From a virus (lineage: Duplodnaviria; Heunggongvirae; Uroviricota; Caudoviricetes), in IMG/VR virus record IMGVR_UViG_2913152634_000006: a stretch of 39,545 bases of DNA; one strand, written 5' to 3'. Every line of letters starts with the position of its first letter. The stretch's first letter is position 1. Made by a program: the position numbers and the translations under genes. A model generated the notes under the pieces. It was not told the origin of the DNA, did not search any database, and saw nothing but the letters and a program-made list of their open reading frames with translations. Shown here one piece after another: positions 27,989 to 37,386 of this stretch.

Positions 27989-30805
27989 TCAATCTTTATC
28001 GTAAAAACTGCCACGTCCGGCACGGGCGCGCCGTTCCATCTCTGCCCTGACCATTTCACCGACCAGTTTCGCCAGTTCGCGGGGATTCTGCGTAACAACG
28101 TTATGCAGATGAACATGAATTTCACCGCCAAATCTGGAGACAGCAGGCTCCCGATTACGGGAAGCTGCAGGAACTGATGCCACTGGCGATCGTATGGCCT
28201 CCGCCACCGGGCGGGAGCTGACCGCAACAACAGGGACCAGCGCCGGAGGCAGCGGAGCCGGGACTACGGGTGTGATATTAATTGCGGGGGCAGGCTTACT
28301 GACCTGCGCAATCTTCCGCTCCTGCCACTCCCCACGAACAGCAAGTGCGCGGGGCAGGTTCTTAAAGACAATATCGCCAGGGCCAATGCGTTTTTTCGTC
28401 TCATCAACCAGCTTACCTGTGTTATCAGCAATTTTGCTGAGTCTGCGTAGCGTCCCGGTATTGCTGTCTGTGAGCGGTTTGTTGTCTTTGGGTTTATCAC
28501 CTCCGGTGCCATTGCCATTTTCCACAGGCTTCGGCGGATTGATTTTCGCAAGGTCCCCCTGAAGCAAGGCAACCTTGTCCTGAAGAATGGCCGCACGCTG
28601 TGCGTCTTCGATTTTCTTGCGCGCCTTTTCCGCTTCATCCGGAAGGACGCCAAGTTTTTCAAGTATCCACGCCAGCGTATCCAGTAGCATTTTTGCAGGT
28701 GTCAGAACAAGCTGTAGCGCACCGCCAAGAACGTTACCGAATATCTCGCCAGCACTGGTACATTTATCCAGCGTTTCCTTGCTGGACTCCATCGGTGACA
28801 GCAGCGATTTAAACCAGTTAAACACCTGGCTGATCCCGCTTCCGATTGCGTCAAAAACAGGACCAAACCGTTCAAAGGTTTCGCGCAACGGGGTCAGCCT
28901 TTCCATAATCCCGCTGAACACCCCGGCAAAAAATGCCCTGATGGGATCCCAGTATTTCCAGATAAGAACGGCAGCTCCGGCAAGCGCAGCCACGATAAGA
29001 CCAACCGGACTGATCAGCGCCCCGATAGCGCCTCCCAGTAAAGAAACGGAACCCGTCACCATTCCCCATAGTGCTGGCAGGACCCTGACAGCATTCATTG
29101 ATCCGGTCAGGAGAGAAAAACCAAGACGCAGTTTTGCCAGCGGACCAGCAAGCACACCAATAGCCAGCGACAACGAGCCAACCGTTGCAGTCATTGCCAG
29201 CAACGCACCGCCTGCTATCAGTAGCTGGCGCGTCAGTGCCGGATGGGCCTGCGCCAGCGCCGTCACCCTTGATACCACCCGCGCGAGCCACTGCGTGACA
29301 GAACGCAGCGGACCGTCAATCAGATCTGCAATGCGGATGCGCAACCCTTCCCATGCACTGCCGAGTGATTTCAGATCGCCGTCAAGGTTGTTGGCCATAA
29401 CCTTTGCTGTGCGTTCAGCCTCACCGCGCGCGCCTTCAAGTTCTTTTCTCAGTTTGGGTAAGGAACCGTCACCCGCTGCATCAACGAGCGCCATAAACGA
29501 TGTGAAAGCCTCTTCTCCGGCAATGTCCTTAAAGAACGATACCCGGTCAACTTCCCCGTATTTGCGGGTGGCTTTATAAAGGTCGGCCAGCACATCCTCC
29601 ATCGGGCGCATTTTGCCCCCGGCATCCGAGACGGACACGCCCAGCTCTTTCAGAGCTTCTGCCGCCGCCTTTGGCGGTGATGCCAGACGAGCCAGGCTGG
29701 CACGCATTGCCGTCCCGGCATCACTCCCTCTGATGCCCATATTCGCCAGCACGCCAGCCATCGCTGCGGCCTGCTCCAGCGATATTCCCAGCTTACCCGC
29801 CACCGGACCTGCATATTTCATGGTTTCGCCCAGTGCGCGAAGGTCAGTGTTGGTACGGGTAAACGCTGCGGTGAGTGTGTCACCAACCCGGTCCATCTGG
29901 TCAGCAGAAAGGCCGAACTGCGTCAGGATATTTGAGCCAATATCTGCCGTCTCGCCGAGATCCATACCGCCAGCCGTTGCCATGCTCAGCACGCCGGGAA
30001 GCGCAGCCTGAATGGCCTGCGGAGTGAAGCCAGCCATTGCAAGAAATGCCTGTCCACTGGCGGCATCGCCTGCGGTGAACTGCGTTTCAGAGCCAAGTTT
30101 TAACGCCTGCTCACGCAGCGCCTTAAACTGCGGGCTGTTCTGGTCGATTCGCGTCAGTGCCTGAACGCGGGACATCTCTTTGCCGAACCCGATCGCAGGC
30201 TGCAAAAAACGCCCGGCAGCATAGCCGCCCGCCGCTGCCGCACCAATTGCCAGCGCACCACCTGTTTTCAGTTTTCCCGCTGTTTCCTGCGCGCGCGAAT
30301 ACCGCTCACGCGCCCGCGTTACACGCGCAAGCGCCTGCCGTTCGCGTTCAAGCTGGTTGTTGTACTGTTCGGTGCGTCTGATGGCCTGCTGGATGGTGTT
30401 ATCGCTGCCTGTCAGGGAAATGCCGTGGCGTTTCAGCTCTCCGCCAAGCTCCCGCATTTTCTGAATTTCCCGTGTGCGCGATTCATTCAGGCGTTCAAGC
30501 CGGGTGCTTAACTGCTGCATCAGCTTTTGTTGTTTTTCGCTGAGCACTGTACCCGTGCGTTGTAACTGATTAAGGGCGTTAAGCTGGCGTCGTGCTTTCA
30601 CGATGCCAGCATCCGCTTTACTGACAGCGTCACGGGCGCGCTCAAATGAACGCGCCTGACGCTCGAGATTTTTGATCGCCCCCTGCGTTCGCTGGATGGA
30701 GTCACCAAACTGCCCCATCAGGCGGCGGGCGTTTTCGGCAGGCCGGGTCAGCCTGTCAACGGCGCTGAAAGCGACCCGGATATCAAGAGTCTTCATTATC
30801 TGCAT
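27989..30805 (-). CDS. T: Tail tape measure protein T
   Basis: 938 aa; coiled-coil N-terminal part, Gly/Ala-rich hydrophobic central region; follows E/E'. Confidence 0.85.
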   Translation of the reverse strand: MQIMKTLDIRVAFSAVDRLTRPAENARRLMGQFGDSIQRTQGAIKNLERQARSFERARDAVSKADAGIVKARRQLNALNQLQRTGTVLSEKQQKLMQQLSTRLERLNESRTREIQKMRELGGELKRHGISLTGSDNTIQQAIRRTEQYNNQLERERQALARVTRARERYSRAQETAGKLKTGGALAIGAAAAGGYAAGRFLQPAIGFGKEMSRVQALTRIDQNSPQFKALREQALKLGSETQFTAGDAASGQAFLAMAGFTPQAIQAALPGVLSMATAGGMDLGETADIGSNILTQFGLSADQMDRVGDTLTAAFTRTNTDLRALGETMKYAGPVAGKLGISLEQAAAMAGVLANMGIRGSDAGTAMRASLARLASPPKAAAEALKELGVSVSDAGGKMRPMEDVLADLYKATRKYGEVDRVSFFKDIAGEEAFTSFMALVDAAGDGSLPKLRKELEGARGEAERTAKVMANNLDGDLKSLGSAWEGLRIRIADLIDGPLRSVTQWLARVVSRVTALAQAHPALTRQLLIAGGALLAMTATVGSLSLAIGVLAGPLAKLRLGFSLLTGSMNAVRVLPALWGMVTGSVSLLGGAIGALISPVGLIVAALAGAAVLIWKYWDPIRAFFAGVFSGIMERLTPLRETFERFGPVFDAIGSGISQVFNWFKSLLSPMESSKETLDKCTSAGEIFGNVLGGALQLVLTPAKMLLDTLAWILEKLGVLPDEAEKARKKIEDAQRAAILQDKVALLQGDLAKINPPKPVENGNGTGGDKPKDNKPLTDSNTGTLRRLSKIADNTGKLVDETKKRIGPGDIVFKNLPRALAVRGEWQERKIAQVSKPAPAINITPVVPAPLPPALVPVVAVSSRPVAEAIRSPVASVPAASRNREPAVSRFGGEIHVHLHNVVTQNPRELAKLVGEMVRAEMERRARAGRGSFYDKD

Positions 30806-31321
30806 TCCCGCTGCGAAGTGCCGCCCGCTCGCGCCAGCTAACCACTTCGCCGGGCGTCATCATGAAGATTTCGGCGGGCGACCAGTTAAAAATGGCGGCA
30901 ATATCCGCCACCAGATCTTCGATGTGCTCAAAGCACACCAGGGTGATTACGCTGCCGTCTCCTGCACGCTCTTCGCGCCAGAGTCTGGCTCGCTCATAAA
31001 ATTTACAGCCACTGCGCACAACTGAATAAAATCGCGTGACGACATTTTTTTAATCATCACTTCATCCAGTCGTGGCGAGGTCACGCGAGGCAACAGCGTA
31101 AACATGGTATCCGCTTTCAGATTCAGCACATCAGACAGCGACAGACCACGCAGGGATCCAGCCTGCTCAATAGCCCCGGTGATCTCCACATACGTGATTT
31201 TTTCGCCACCACGCTCAATTGGTCGGGTCAGTTTTACGCCACGTTCGACAGCCATATCCTCACCTGCCGTCACATCATCCGCCACGGTGTTATTCCGGGT
31301 TTCAGTATTGATGTCTTTCAT
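30783..31321 (-). CDS. Tail assembly chaperone E+E' (predicted -1 programmed frameshift product)
   Basis: The -1 frame (ORF-track 30783..31019) stays open across the E stop; its only upstream in-frame stop lies just 5' of an A7 run (minus strand; T7 at 31045-31051 on plus), so entry must be at or after the run; arrangement equals P2 E/E'. Confidence 0.55.
30947..31321 (-). CDS. E: Tail assembly chaperone E
   Basis: 124 aa, ATG 31321 with AAGGAG 8 nt upstream; position between tail tube FII and tape measure T. Confidence 0.75.
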   Translation of the reverse strand: MKDINTETRNNTVADDVTAGEDMAVERGVKLTRPIERGGEKITYVEITGAIEQAGSLRGLSLSDVLNLKADTMFTLLPRVTSPRLDEVMIKKMSSRDFIQLCAVAVNFMSEPDSGAKSVQETAA

Positions 31322-31376
31322 CAGTTGTCTCCTTTTCAGTCAGAGGCGACGCACTGCGCCGCCTGCATATTACTTA

Positions 31377-31889
31377 TCAGCCAAGCCCAAGCGCGGAACG
31401 GATACGGTCAGGCACAATGTCCTTGCCGTCCTTCCGGTAGATGTGGTTCAACAGGTCGATTTCCCACAGCGGGCGATCGTTAACGCTCAGCTTGTAGTAG
31501 GTGTTTTTGACAGCGTAAGTGTGTGATGTGGCTTCGCCCTGTTTGGCTTCCCCCATATCAATTTCCGTCACACGCCCGCGCATCTCGATTTCATACAGAT
31601 CGCTTTCTGCATCGGTGTAGTATTCACCCGCAAAACGCAGCAGCGTGCCGTCAATCGTGCCGCCATATTTAAGGAACAGCGCACGAACAGCTCCCCCCAT
31701 GACAAAACTCGCATCAAGCGCGGAGTCGTCCAGACCGAGATCAATACTTACCGCCCCCATCATGCCACCACCACGATAGCTGTCGGTTTTGCGCGTCAGT
31801 TTGGGCGGCGTGACGGATGTCACTTTACCCACTTCGTTTTCACCATCCACAAACAACGTAAAAAAGCGAAGATGTTTTGGTACAGCCAT
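31377..31889 (-). CDS. FII: Tail tube protein FII
   Basis: 170 aa (P2 FII is about 172 aa), directly downstream of the sheath gene with a 1-nt overlap. Confidence 0.85.
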   Translation of the reverse strand: MAVPKHLRFFTLFVDGENEVGKVTSVTPPKLTRKTDSYRGGGMMGAVSIDLGLDDSALDASFVMGGAVRALFLKYGGTIDGTLLRFAGEYYTDAESDLYEIEMRGRVTEIDMGEAKQGEATSHTYAVKNTYYKLSVNDRPLWEIDLLNHIYRKDGKDIVPDRIRSALGLG

Positions 31890-33073
31890 CAGGCACCTCC
31901 CAGCACCGCAAATGCGGGACCAAAGAATTCATCAGTAAACGTCTGGTAAAGCTCCATGTCTTCCAGCGGGGGAACAGGCGTATATTTGTAGCGAATACGC
32001 ACACGTCCCTGACGTAAATTCGTGGTGCCGTTATCCACCACGTCATACCAGCACTCCGCACCAATCAGTTTCCCGGCAGTAACCAGCGAATCCAGTTTTG
32101 CCCTGATGGCGCTGATAACATCCTTCACGTTCGCAGGTGTCAGTGGACTGTCGATGGTTTCAAACTGCGCTTCCGCAATTGAATCAGCCAGCACCTGTGC
32201 GGTTCGGGTATACACCTCAAAGATGTAGGCGTTCGTTTCCGGTGTGCGGTTGCCCCAGAAGCGGAACCCGTTGCGACGAATAATGGTCGTGATTTCTTTG
32301 TTGTTGAGGCTGTTGGCATCGCTGTCTTCGGCCTGCAACGACCAGAACACATGCCTGGACATTCCCAGCACATTTTTAACCGGAACGTTGGACAGCGATT
32401 TGTGCCAGCCCTGCTCATGGTCAATGTACGCACGAAGGCCGCACGCATAAGCAGGCGCGGGGAACGTTTCGTTTTTGCCACTTTTCGGGTTGTAGGCGAT
32501 GAAGTCCGGCCATAAGAGCATCACCTCACGTTCGTTGAATTTCTGGCGGTAGGTAATCGCCTCAGCCATCGTGTTACAGCCGTGACATGAGGCATACACA
32601 AACGCGCGCAGTTTACCTGCAATCACGCACAGGGATTTTGTTACAGCCTCCGTGTCCAGCTCCGGCGCGGCCAGAATACGCGGACGGTATCCGATGCTTT
32701 CATCCTGCTCTGCAACAAGCAGCGCATACATCCCCGTATAGCTGCCGTCATCCTCAGAACCACCGATAACCAGTTGATCCTGCGTCTTTCCGTCTTCTTC
32801 TTTGTGTTCAGCCACGCGAACGACGATCACCTTTGTGCTCACCTGGTCTGCGATGGCCTTAAGCGCACGATAAAGCGTCCCCGTTGTCCCGCATTTTCCC
32901 AGCACGTCATTGACGCGGGTCAGCAGTGTGGGCTTATTCAGCGGGAACAGCTTCGCGTCCGCATCATCCGCCGTTGCCACGATACCGATAACGCTGGAAT
33001 CAACATCGTTAATCGCTGTTACCAGGTCGGTATTTTCCGTAACACGGGCACCATGAAAACGAGTTTCACTCAT
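31889..33073 (-). CDS. FI: Contractile tail sheath protein FI
   Basis: 394 aa (P2 FI about 396 aa); good SD (AAGGGG) upstream; first gene of the FI-FII-E-T-U block. Confidence 0.9.
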   Translation of the reverse strand: MSETRFHGARVTENTDLVTAINDVDSSVIGIVATADDADAKLFPLNKPTLLTRVNDVLGKCGTTGTLYRALKAIADQVSTKVIVVRVAEHKEEDGKTQDQLVIGGSEDDGSYTGMYALLVAEQDESIGYRPRILAAPELDTEAVTKSLCVIAGKLRAFVYASCHGCNTMAEAITYRQKFNEREVMLLWPDFIAYNPKSGKNETFPAPAYACGLRAYIDHEQGWHKSLSNVPVKNVLGMSRHVFWSLQAEDSDANSLNNKEITTIIRRNGFRFWGNRTPETNAYIFEVYTRTAQVLADSIAEAQFETIDSPLTPANVKDVISAIRAKLDSLVTAGKLIGAECWYDVVDNGTTNLRQGRVRIRYKYTPVPPLEDMELYQTFTDEFFGPAFAVLGGA

Positions 33074-33230
33074 AGCTTCAGCCCCTTGTATCCGTTAAAT
33101 GATTCGGCAACAATCATCACCCACCACGCGCGTAATCTCACCCCTGCGCCGTTCTTCCGACCCAGCGACAACAAAAAGCAGTAACCCCCTCCGCACGCAC
33201 ATGCGACCATGCCGCACAGGGAGGGAACAG

Positions 33231-34340
33231 ATGACCGACACCACCATGCAATTGCTCAGTCAGAGCACAGACCCCGTGAAAATGCCGGATTTTGATATTC
33301 TCGCGGAGGGTAAAACGCTGTCAGGCGTGGCAGAGCGCCTGATGAGCCTGTCACTGACCGACAACCGGGGATTTGAGGCGGACCAGCTCACCATCACGCT
33401 GGATGATGCGGATGGTCAGTTGCAGCTACCGCCACGGGGCGCGCGCCTGACGGTTCTCATTGGCTGGAAAGGAGAACCGCTGACAGAAAAAGGCACTTAC
33501 ATTGTTGATGAAATCGCTCACGAAGGACCGCCGGACAGGCTGACTGTTTCAGCCAGAAGCGCAGATTTTCGGGATGAATTTAACGTTAAACGTGAGGTGT
33601 CCTGGCATGATGTGACCGTTGAGCGTGTGGTATCCGCCATCGCTCATCGGTATGGTCTGAAACCGCAAATCAGCGAAATGCTGATGGATATCGAAATCGA
33701 CCACGCCGACCAGACCGAAGAAAGCGACATGTCCTTCCTTACGCGCATGGCGGAAATGCTGGGCGCAATCACCACGGTAAAAAGCGGTAATCTGTTATTC
33801 ATCATGCCCGGCGGTGGCGTGAACGCACAGGGCCAGCCGTTGCCATCGTTTGCCATCACACGCAGCAGCGGCGATCGCCATCAGTTCCGCATTGCTGACC
33901 GCGAGGCGTATACAGGGGTACGCGCTTACTGGCTTGATCTTAATTACGGGAAAAAGAAAAAAGTCAGCGTGAAACGCCGCAAACCGCCAAAACCCAAAAA
34001 GGAGAAAAGCAGCAGCCGTGAAGGTGATTATATGGAAGGCGCAGAAGGCAATGTGTTTGTGTTACGCAAGACTTATCAGAACGAGCAGGCAGCAAGACGC
34101 GCAGCGGCGGCAAAGTGGCAGCAGCTACAACGCGGAGCCGCATCATTTTCCATCACGCTGGCGCGTGGACGTGCAGAACTCTACCCCGAAATGCATGGCA
34201 CGGTAACAGGATTTAAAAGCGAGATTGATAATCAGGACTGGATTATTGCGAAAGCCGAGCACACCATTGATAACAGTGGCTTTACCACGCAGCTTGAGCT
34301 TGAAGCAAAAATTCCGGAATGGATCGTAGAAACAGAATGA
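33231..34340 (+). CDS. D: Tail protein D (late control gene D family)
   Basis: Start at ATG 33231 after GGGAGGG; 369 aa; size and composition as P2 D; here divergent from FI rather than downstream of U. Confidence 0.8.
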   Translation: MTDTTMQLLSQSTDPVKMPDFDILAEGKTLSGVAERLMSLSLTDNRGFEADQLTITLDDADGQLQLPPRGARLTVLIGWKGEPLTEKGTYIVDEIAHEGPPDRLTVSARSADFRDEFNVKREVSWHDVTVERVVSAIAHRYGLKPQISEMLMDIEIDHADQTEESDMSFLTRMAEMLGAITTVKSGNLLFIMPGGGVNAQGQPLPSFAITRSSGDRHQFRIADREAYTGVRAYWLDLNYGKKKKVSVKRRKPPKPKKEKSSSREGDYMEGAEGNVFVLRKTYQNEQAARRAAAAKWQQLQRGAASFSITLARGRAELYPEMHGTVTGFKSEIDNQDWIIAKAEHTIDNSGFTTQLELEAKIPEWIVETE

Positions 34341-34462
34341 GTAAATTAGATGCATTAGCTCAGTCATGAGTTTACTGATTACGTACGGCACAGAAGCAGA
34401 CCTGATAGTTTGCTCTGTGCCAGAAACGGACATTGCCGACATCATAATCGACACAAATTACA

Positions 34463-35248
34463 TCAATCACCTATGTGATTACGTTCTATATATCTTACAA
34501 TCTTCTCTAAAGATTCAAATCCCCACCTCTGCATAGCATGTGGGAATTCTGTATATTCATAATCTTCTATGGTGAGATCCCATGTACTTTTCTTGAATTC
34601 ACACTGATATAATCGCACAGTCTTGTTTAAAACCAACCCTTCTAACACACTGCTTTTCTTAATGATTTTGTCAATGTCTTTATTGTTAATCCCAATGTAG
34701 ATAGCTGTTACCGAACTTAAATCAGTTATCTTGTCAATTAAAATATTTTCTTGCTTTTGTAATAGCCCCACTCGCTTTATTATTCTAACTTCTTCTTCAT
34801 ATTTCCAATGCAATGATTTAGTAAGCAATAATTTACTAATTACATCAGCGCTATAAATGTTTTCTTGACTGATTTTTAGTTTACTTTTTATTCGACTCTC
34901 TAAATAATTAATGTCACCTTTCTGTGCCGTAATTAGGCATTTTTCTTCATCATCAAACCCTGCCCTTTCTGTGTCAATTGCTACAACAAACCCCTGATGT
35001 TTATCAGCATAATGTGACCACATCAGTACATTGAGAGGATTTTTAGAAAGGCATAAGCAGGCAACATTTTGATTGATCTCCCCCCTCATAGCTAATGGTT
35101 CAAGCGATTCACCATCTAATGAAAGTTCATAGCCATAGCTTTCAAAAGGATCATTAAACTCACTATACGGAGTGAATTTTATAGAGATGTAACCATCTTT
35201 AAAAAATCGTTCCAATGATGTCTTATCTATATATTTATACAGAATCAT
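34463..35248 (-). CDS. AT-rich accessory (moron) gene, DUF2971-like protein of unknown function
   Basis: Start placed at ATG giving MILYKYID...; LYKY N-terminus, FNDPFE and MWSHYADKHQGFVV motifs resemble DUF2971 as I recall it; opposite strand to flanking D and ogr; strongly AT-rich relative to neighbours. Confidence 0.55.
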   Translation of the reverse strand: MILYKYIDKTSLERFFKDGYISIKFTPYSEFNDPFESYGYELSLDGESLEPLAMRGEINQNVACLCLSKNPLNVLMWSHYADKHQGFVVAIDTERAGFDDEEKCLITAQKGDINYLESRIKSKLKISQENIYSADVISKLLLTKSLHWKYEEEVRIIKRVGLLQKQENILIDKITDLSSVTAIYIGINNKDIDKIIKKSSVLEGLVLNKTVRLYQCEFKKSTWDLTIEDYEYTEFPHAMQRWGFESLEKIVRYIERNHIGD

Positions 35249-35443
35249 AATATATTCAGAATTAATTATAGGTGTTATCAGTATACAGTACTTCAACAAG
35301 TAGATGTAAAGATCCCATTTAAACGTTCCTCCTCAATACGCGGATTAAACAAATTAAAGCATCTTACTCAAAATGGACCATCAGTTGGATTTAGAGCCAA
35401 CACAACCTAGAATAGCGGCAGCACCACGTTAAGGGAGGTCGCT

Positions 35444-35704
35444 ATGTTCCGTTGTCCGCTTTGTGGCGCATCTGCCCGTATCCGCACCAGTCGTCCGGAA
35501 AATGATTCAAACACCGTGCGACAAAAGTATTACCAGTGCAACAACCTGGAATGCGGCGTATGCTTCTCAACACTGGAAGCTTTCCATAAATTCACATCGA
35601 AACACGCCTCCGGCGTTCACTCTTCAGAAGGTATCCCGTGGCATGAGCTGCCAGCTTCACACAGGGGAAACAATCAGATGAGTTTGCCTTTACCTCAGAA
35701 TTAA
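35444..35704 (+). CDS. ogr: Late gene transcriptional activator Ogr (zinc finger)
   Basis: MFRCPLCGASARIRTSR...YYQCNNLEC matches the C-x2-C...C-x4-C Ogr/Delta pattern and recalled P2 Ogr N-terminus (MFHCPLC...ARTSR...HQCQNVNC); strong SD AAGGGAGG. Confidence 0.8.
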   Translation: MFRCPLCGASARIRTSRPENDSNTVRQKYYQCNNLECGVCFSTLEAFHKFTSKHASGVHSSEGIPWHELPASHRGNNQMSLPLPQN

Positions 35705-35844
35705 CAGGCAGAATTGCCGGAGTAACAAAAAAGCGATAGATTACGCGCGGGTGCCTTTCGGCTGATGGTCGGAGGGAATACCCGAAGGCCAGATGTGGAA
35801 AGGCCCCGGAAAACATTTCTGTTTAACCGAGGCCCTAACACTTC

Positions 35845-36933
35845 TTACCTTCGCAAGTAGAAGGTTAGCGCCTCTCCTCTCAGGAGACAAGCGTTTGTAT
35901 GGGTCCACCACATATTGCAATTTTTATTCTCTTTTAAAATATATTCCACGGGCGTCATTAGTGCGAGCGCCTTGTGGGGTCTTTTGCTGTTATACAGCAC
36001 CAGATATTCCGCCAGCTTCTGGTTAAATAGCGCCAGATCTTCAAAGAGTAAAATCTCATTAAATTCAATAAACTGCTCTCTTAACGTCCGGTTAAAACGT
36101 TCACAGATAGCGTTCATTTTTGGCGTGTAGGGATAGGTCCAGAGGTGTTTGATAGCGGCTTCCTGCAGCGTTTTGTCGAAGTTTCCCAGGAACTCTTTTC
36201 CGTTATCTGTGATTATCTGGCTGATACCGACCGGGAACAACCGGGCTGCGCGGCTGAAGAAGTGATTGACGATATCACTGTTGAGTGACGGCACAGCCAG
36301 TGCCAGCGCGTAATTGCTGCATTCGTCGATCATGGTGATGACATAGCGACGCAGTTCGCCCATTCTGAGCTCAATGGCGTCCATCCCAATGAGCTCACCT
36401 GTCTTTACCGGGCGGTAGTGCTTTGGCCTGCGGGGTTTGGCAGACCGCTTTTTGACAAGCAGTGCCTTCCCCCGCGATCCCAGACGCACAGGTATCATCC
36501 GCATTTTATCATGTGCGGCAGCGATCATTCTGCCGATGGTGGAAACACTCGGACAGGCCAGATAGCGCTGTTCGCACCAGGGCTTCAGGCGAACAAAAAT
36601 CTGCTCTTTACCGAGGTTCGGCAGCTCTGTCCTGAGGCGTCGAATCTCTTTCAGCACATCGGGATGCCAGTGTTTTTTTCGTCGCACCAGAGGTGCCTTA
36701 CTGTGCGGGATTAGCCCCTCAGGTCCTTCCTTGTTCAGTAACTGACGCCACCAGTAAAGCGTGCGGCAGGACACGCCAAAGGCTTCAGAAGCTGCAGAAA
36801 TACCGTGTTTATCCCAGAAGTGCAGAGCCTTCATTCTCATTGTTGCTATATCAGCCATCACTGAAAGCCTCAACGCATAATCGGCCGTTTGGTAGTACTT
36901 AGGATAGCCAACCATCAGATGCTGCATTTGCAT
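35845..36933 (-). CDS. IS-element DDE transposase (rve integrase-core type, single ORF)
   Basis: 362 aa; N-terminal HTH-like segment (MKALHFWDKHGIS...CRTLYWWRQ), DDE-type core with ITDNGKEF; the real start is probably an internal Met (MADIATMRMK...); IS family and ends not determined. Confidence 0.7.
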   Translation of the reverse strand: MQMQHLMVGYPKYYQTADYALRLSVMADIATMRMKALHFWDKHGISAASEAFGVSCRTLYWWRQLLNKEGPEGLIPHSKAPLVRRKKHWHPDVLKEIRRLRTELPNLGKEQIFVRLKPWCEQRYLACPSVSTIGRMIAAAHDKMRMIPVRLGSRGKALLVKKRSAKPRRPKHYRPVKTGELIGMDAIELRMGELRRYVITMIDECSNYALALAVPSLNSDIVNHFFSRAARLFPVGISQIITDNGKEFLGNFDKTLQEAAIKHLWTYPYTPKMNAICERFNRTLREQFIEFNEILLFEDLALFNQKLAEYLVLYNSKRPHKALALMTPVEYILKENKNCNMWWTHTNACLLRGEALTFYLRR

Positions 36934-37225
36934 AGTGCAATCTCCCCTTACTTATCCGGAGGCAATTGCAATATCTCTGTGAACTTACACAGCGTTATGA
37001 CGCAAATTCCGTTAAAAACCCTGTTACTTTGCATAACTGCGGTAGCGATAATCTGGATCCTCCACACATCACCGTGCGAGTTACGATTCAGGTTTGCTGG
37101 CACGGAAATTGCGGCATTCTTACTATGTAATAAGTAAGATAACCGCGACGGGGGAGTAATCCCCCGTCAATCGGTTGCTAAGGTTGGTCGAAACGGCACC
37201 CTATCTCACAGACATGAACAACAAA

Positions 37226-37257
37226 CCCGCAGCGTAAAAACTGCGGGTTTTCTTTTT
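37226..37257 (+). terminator. Rho-independent terminator (CCCGCAG-cgtaaaaa-CTGCGGG + ttttcttttt)
   Basis: 7-bp GC-rich stem with a 10-nt T-rich tract read directly; lies between the IS and the com-methyltransferase cassette. Confidence 0.5.
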
Positions 37258-37304
37258 GGTGCCCTCACAAATGAGGGCACCATACATAAGCAATAGGCAT
37301 AACA

Positions 37305-37339
37305 GATCGATGCAATAAATCCGATCGATAAAAACGATC
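37305..37339. promoter_or_regulatory. Cluster of three GATCGAT repeats (three Dam GATC sites within 35 bp) upstream of the com-like gene
   Basis: GATC at 37305, 37323 and 37336, each within aGATCGATg / cGATCGATa / cGATCGATt; lies 50-80 bp upstream of the com start. Confidence 0.4.
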
Positions 37340-37386
37340 GATTTGTTATCATATCGGCAGCAGTAACCACACAAGAGGTGCCGCAA

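Noticed and set aside
28587-29579. 330-aa ORF on the plus strand (and other plus-strand ORFs within 28194..30381)
   Set aside because: Antisense to the tape measure gene; Ser/Ala/Pro-rich low-complexity translation.
33074-33230. gix-like site or inverted repeat at the FETU-block breakpoints that would implicate the invertase in the large inversion
   Set aside because: Nothing beyond a short shared gttaaat motif was found at either breakpoint; the mechanism is left open.
37146-37167. Perfect 9-bp-stem palindrome GACGGGGGA-gtaa-TCCCCCGTC
   Set aside because: Isolated hairpin without a U-tract or obvious partner; could be a protein binding site or an IS-end feature, but there is nothing to support a specific call.
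35705-37200. Terminal inverted repeats and target-site duplication of the IS element
   Set aside because: No convincing matching ends found by manual comparison of the two flanks; boundaries not reported.
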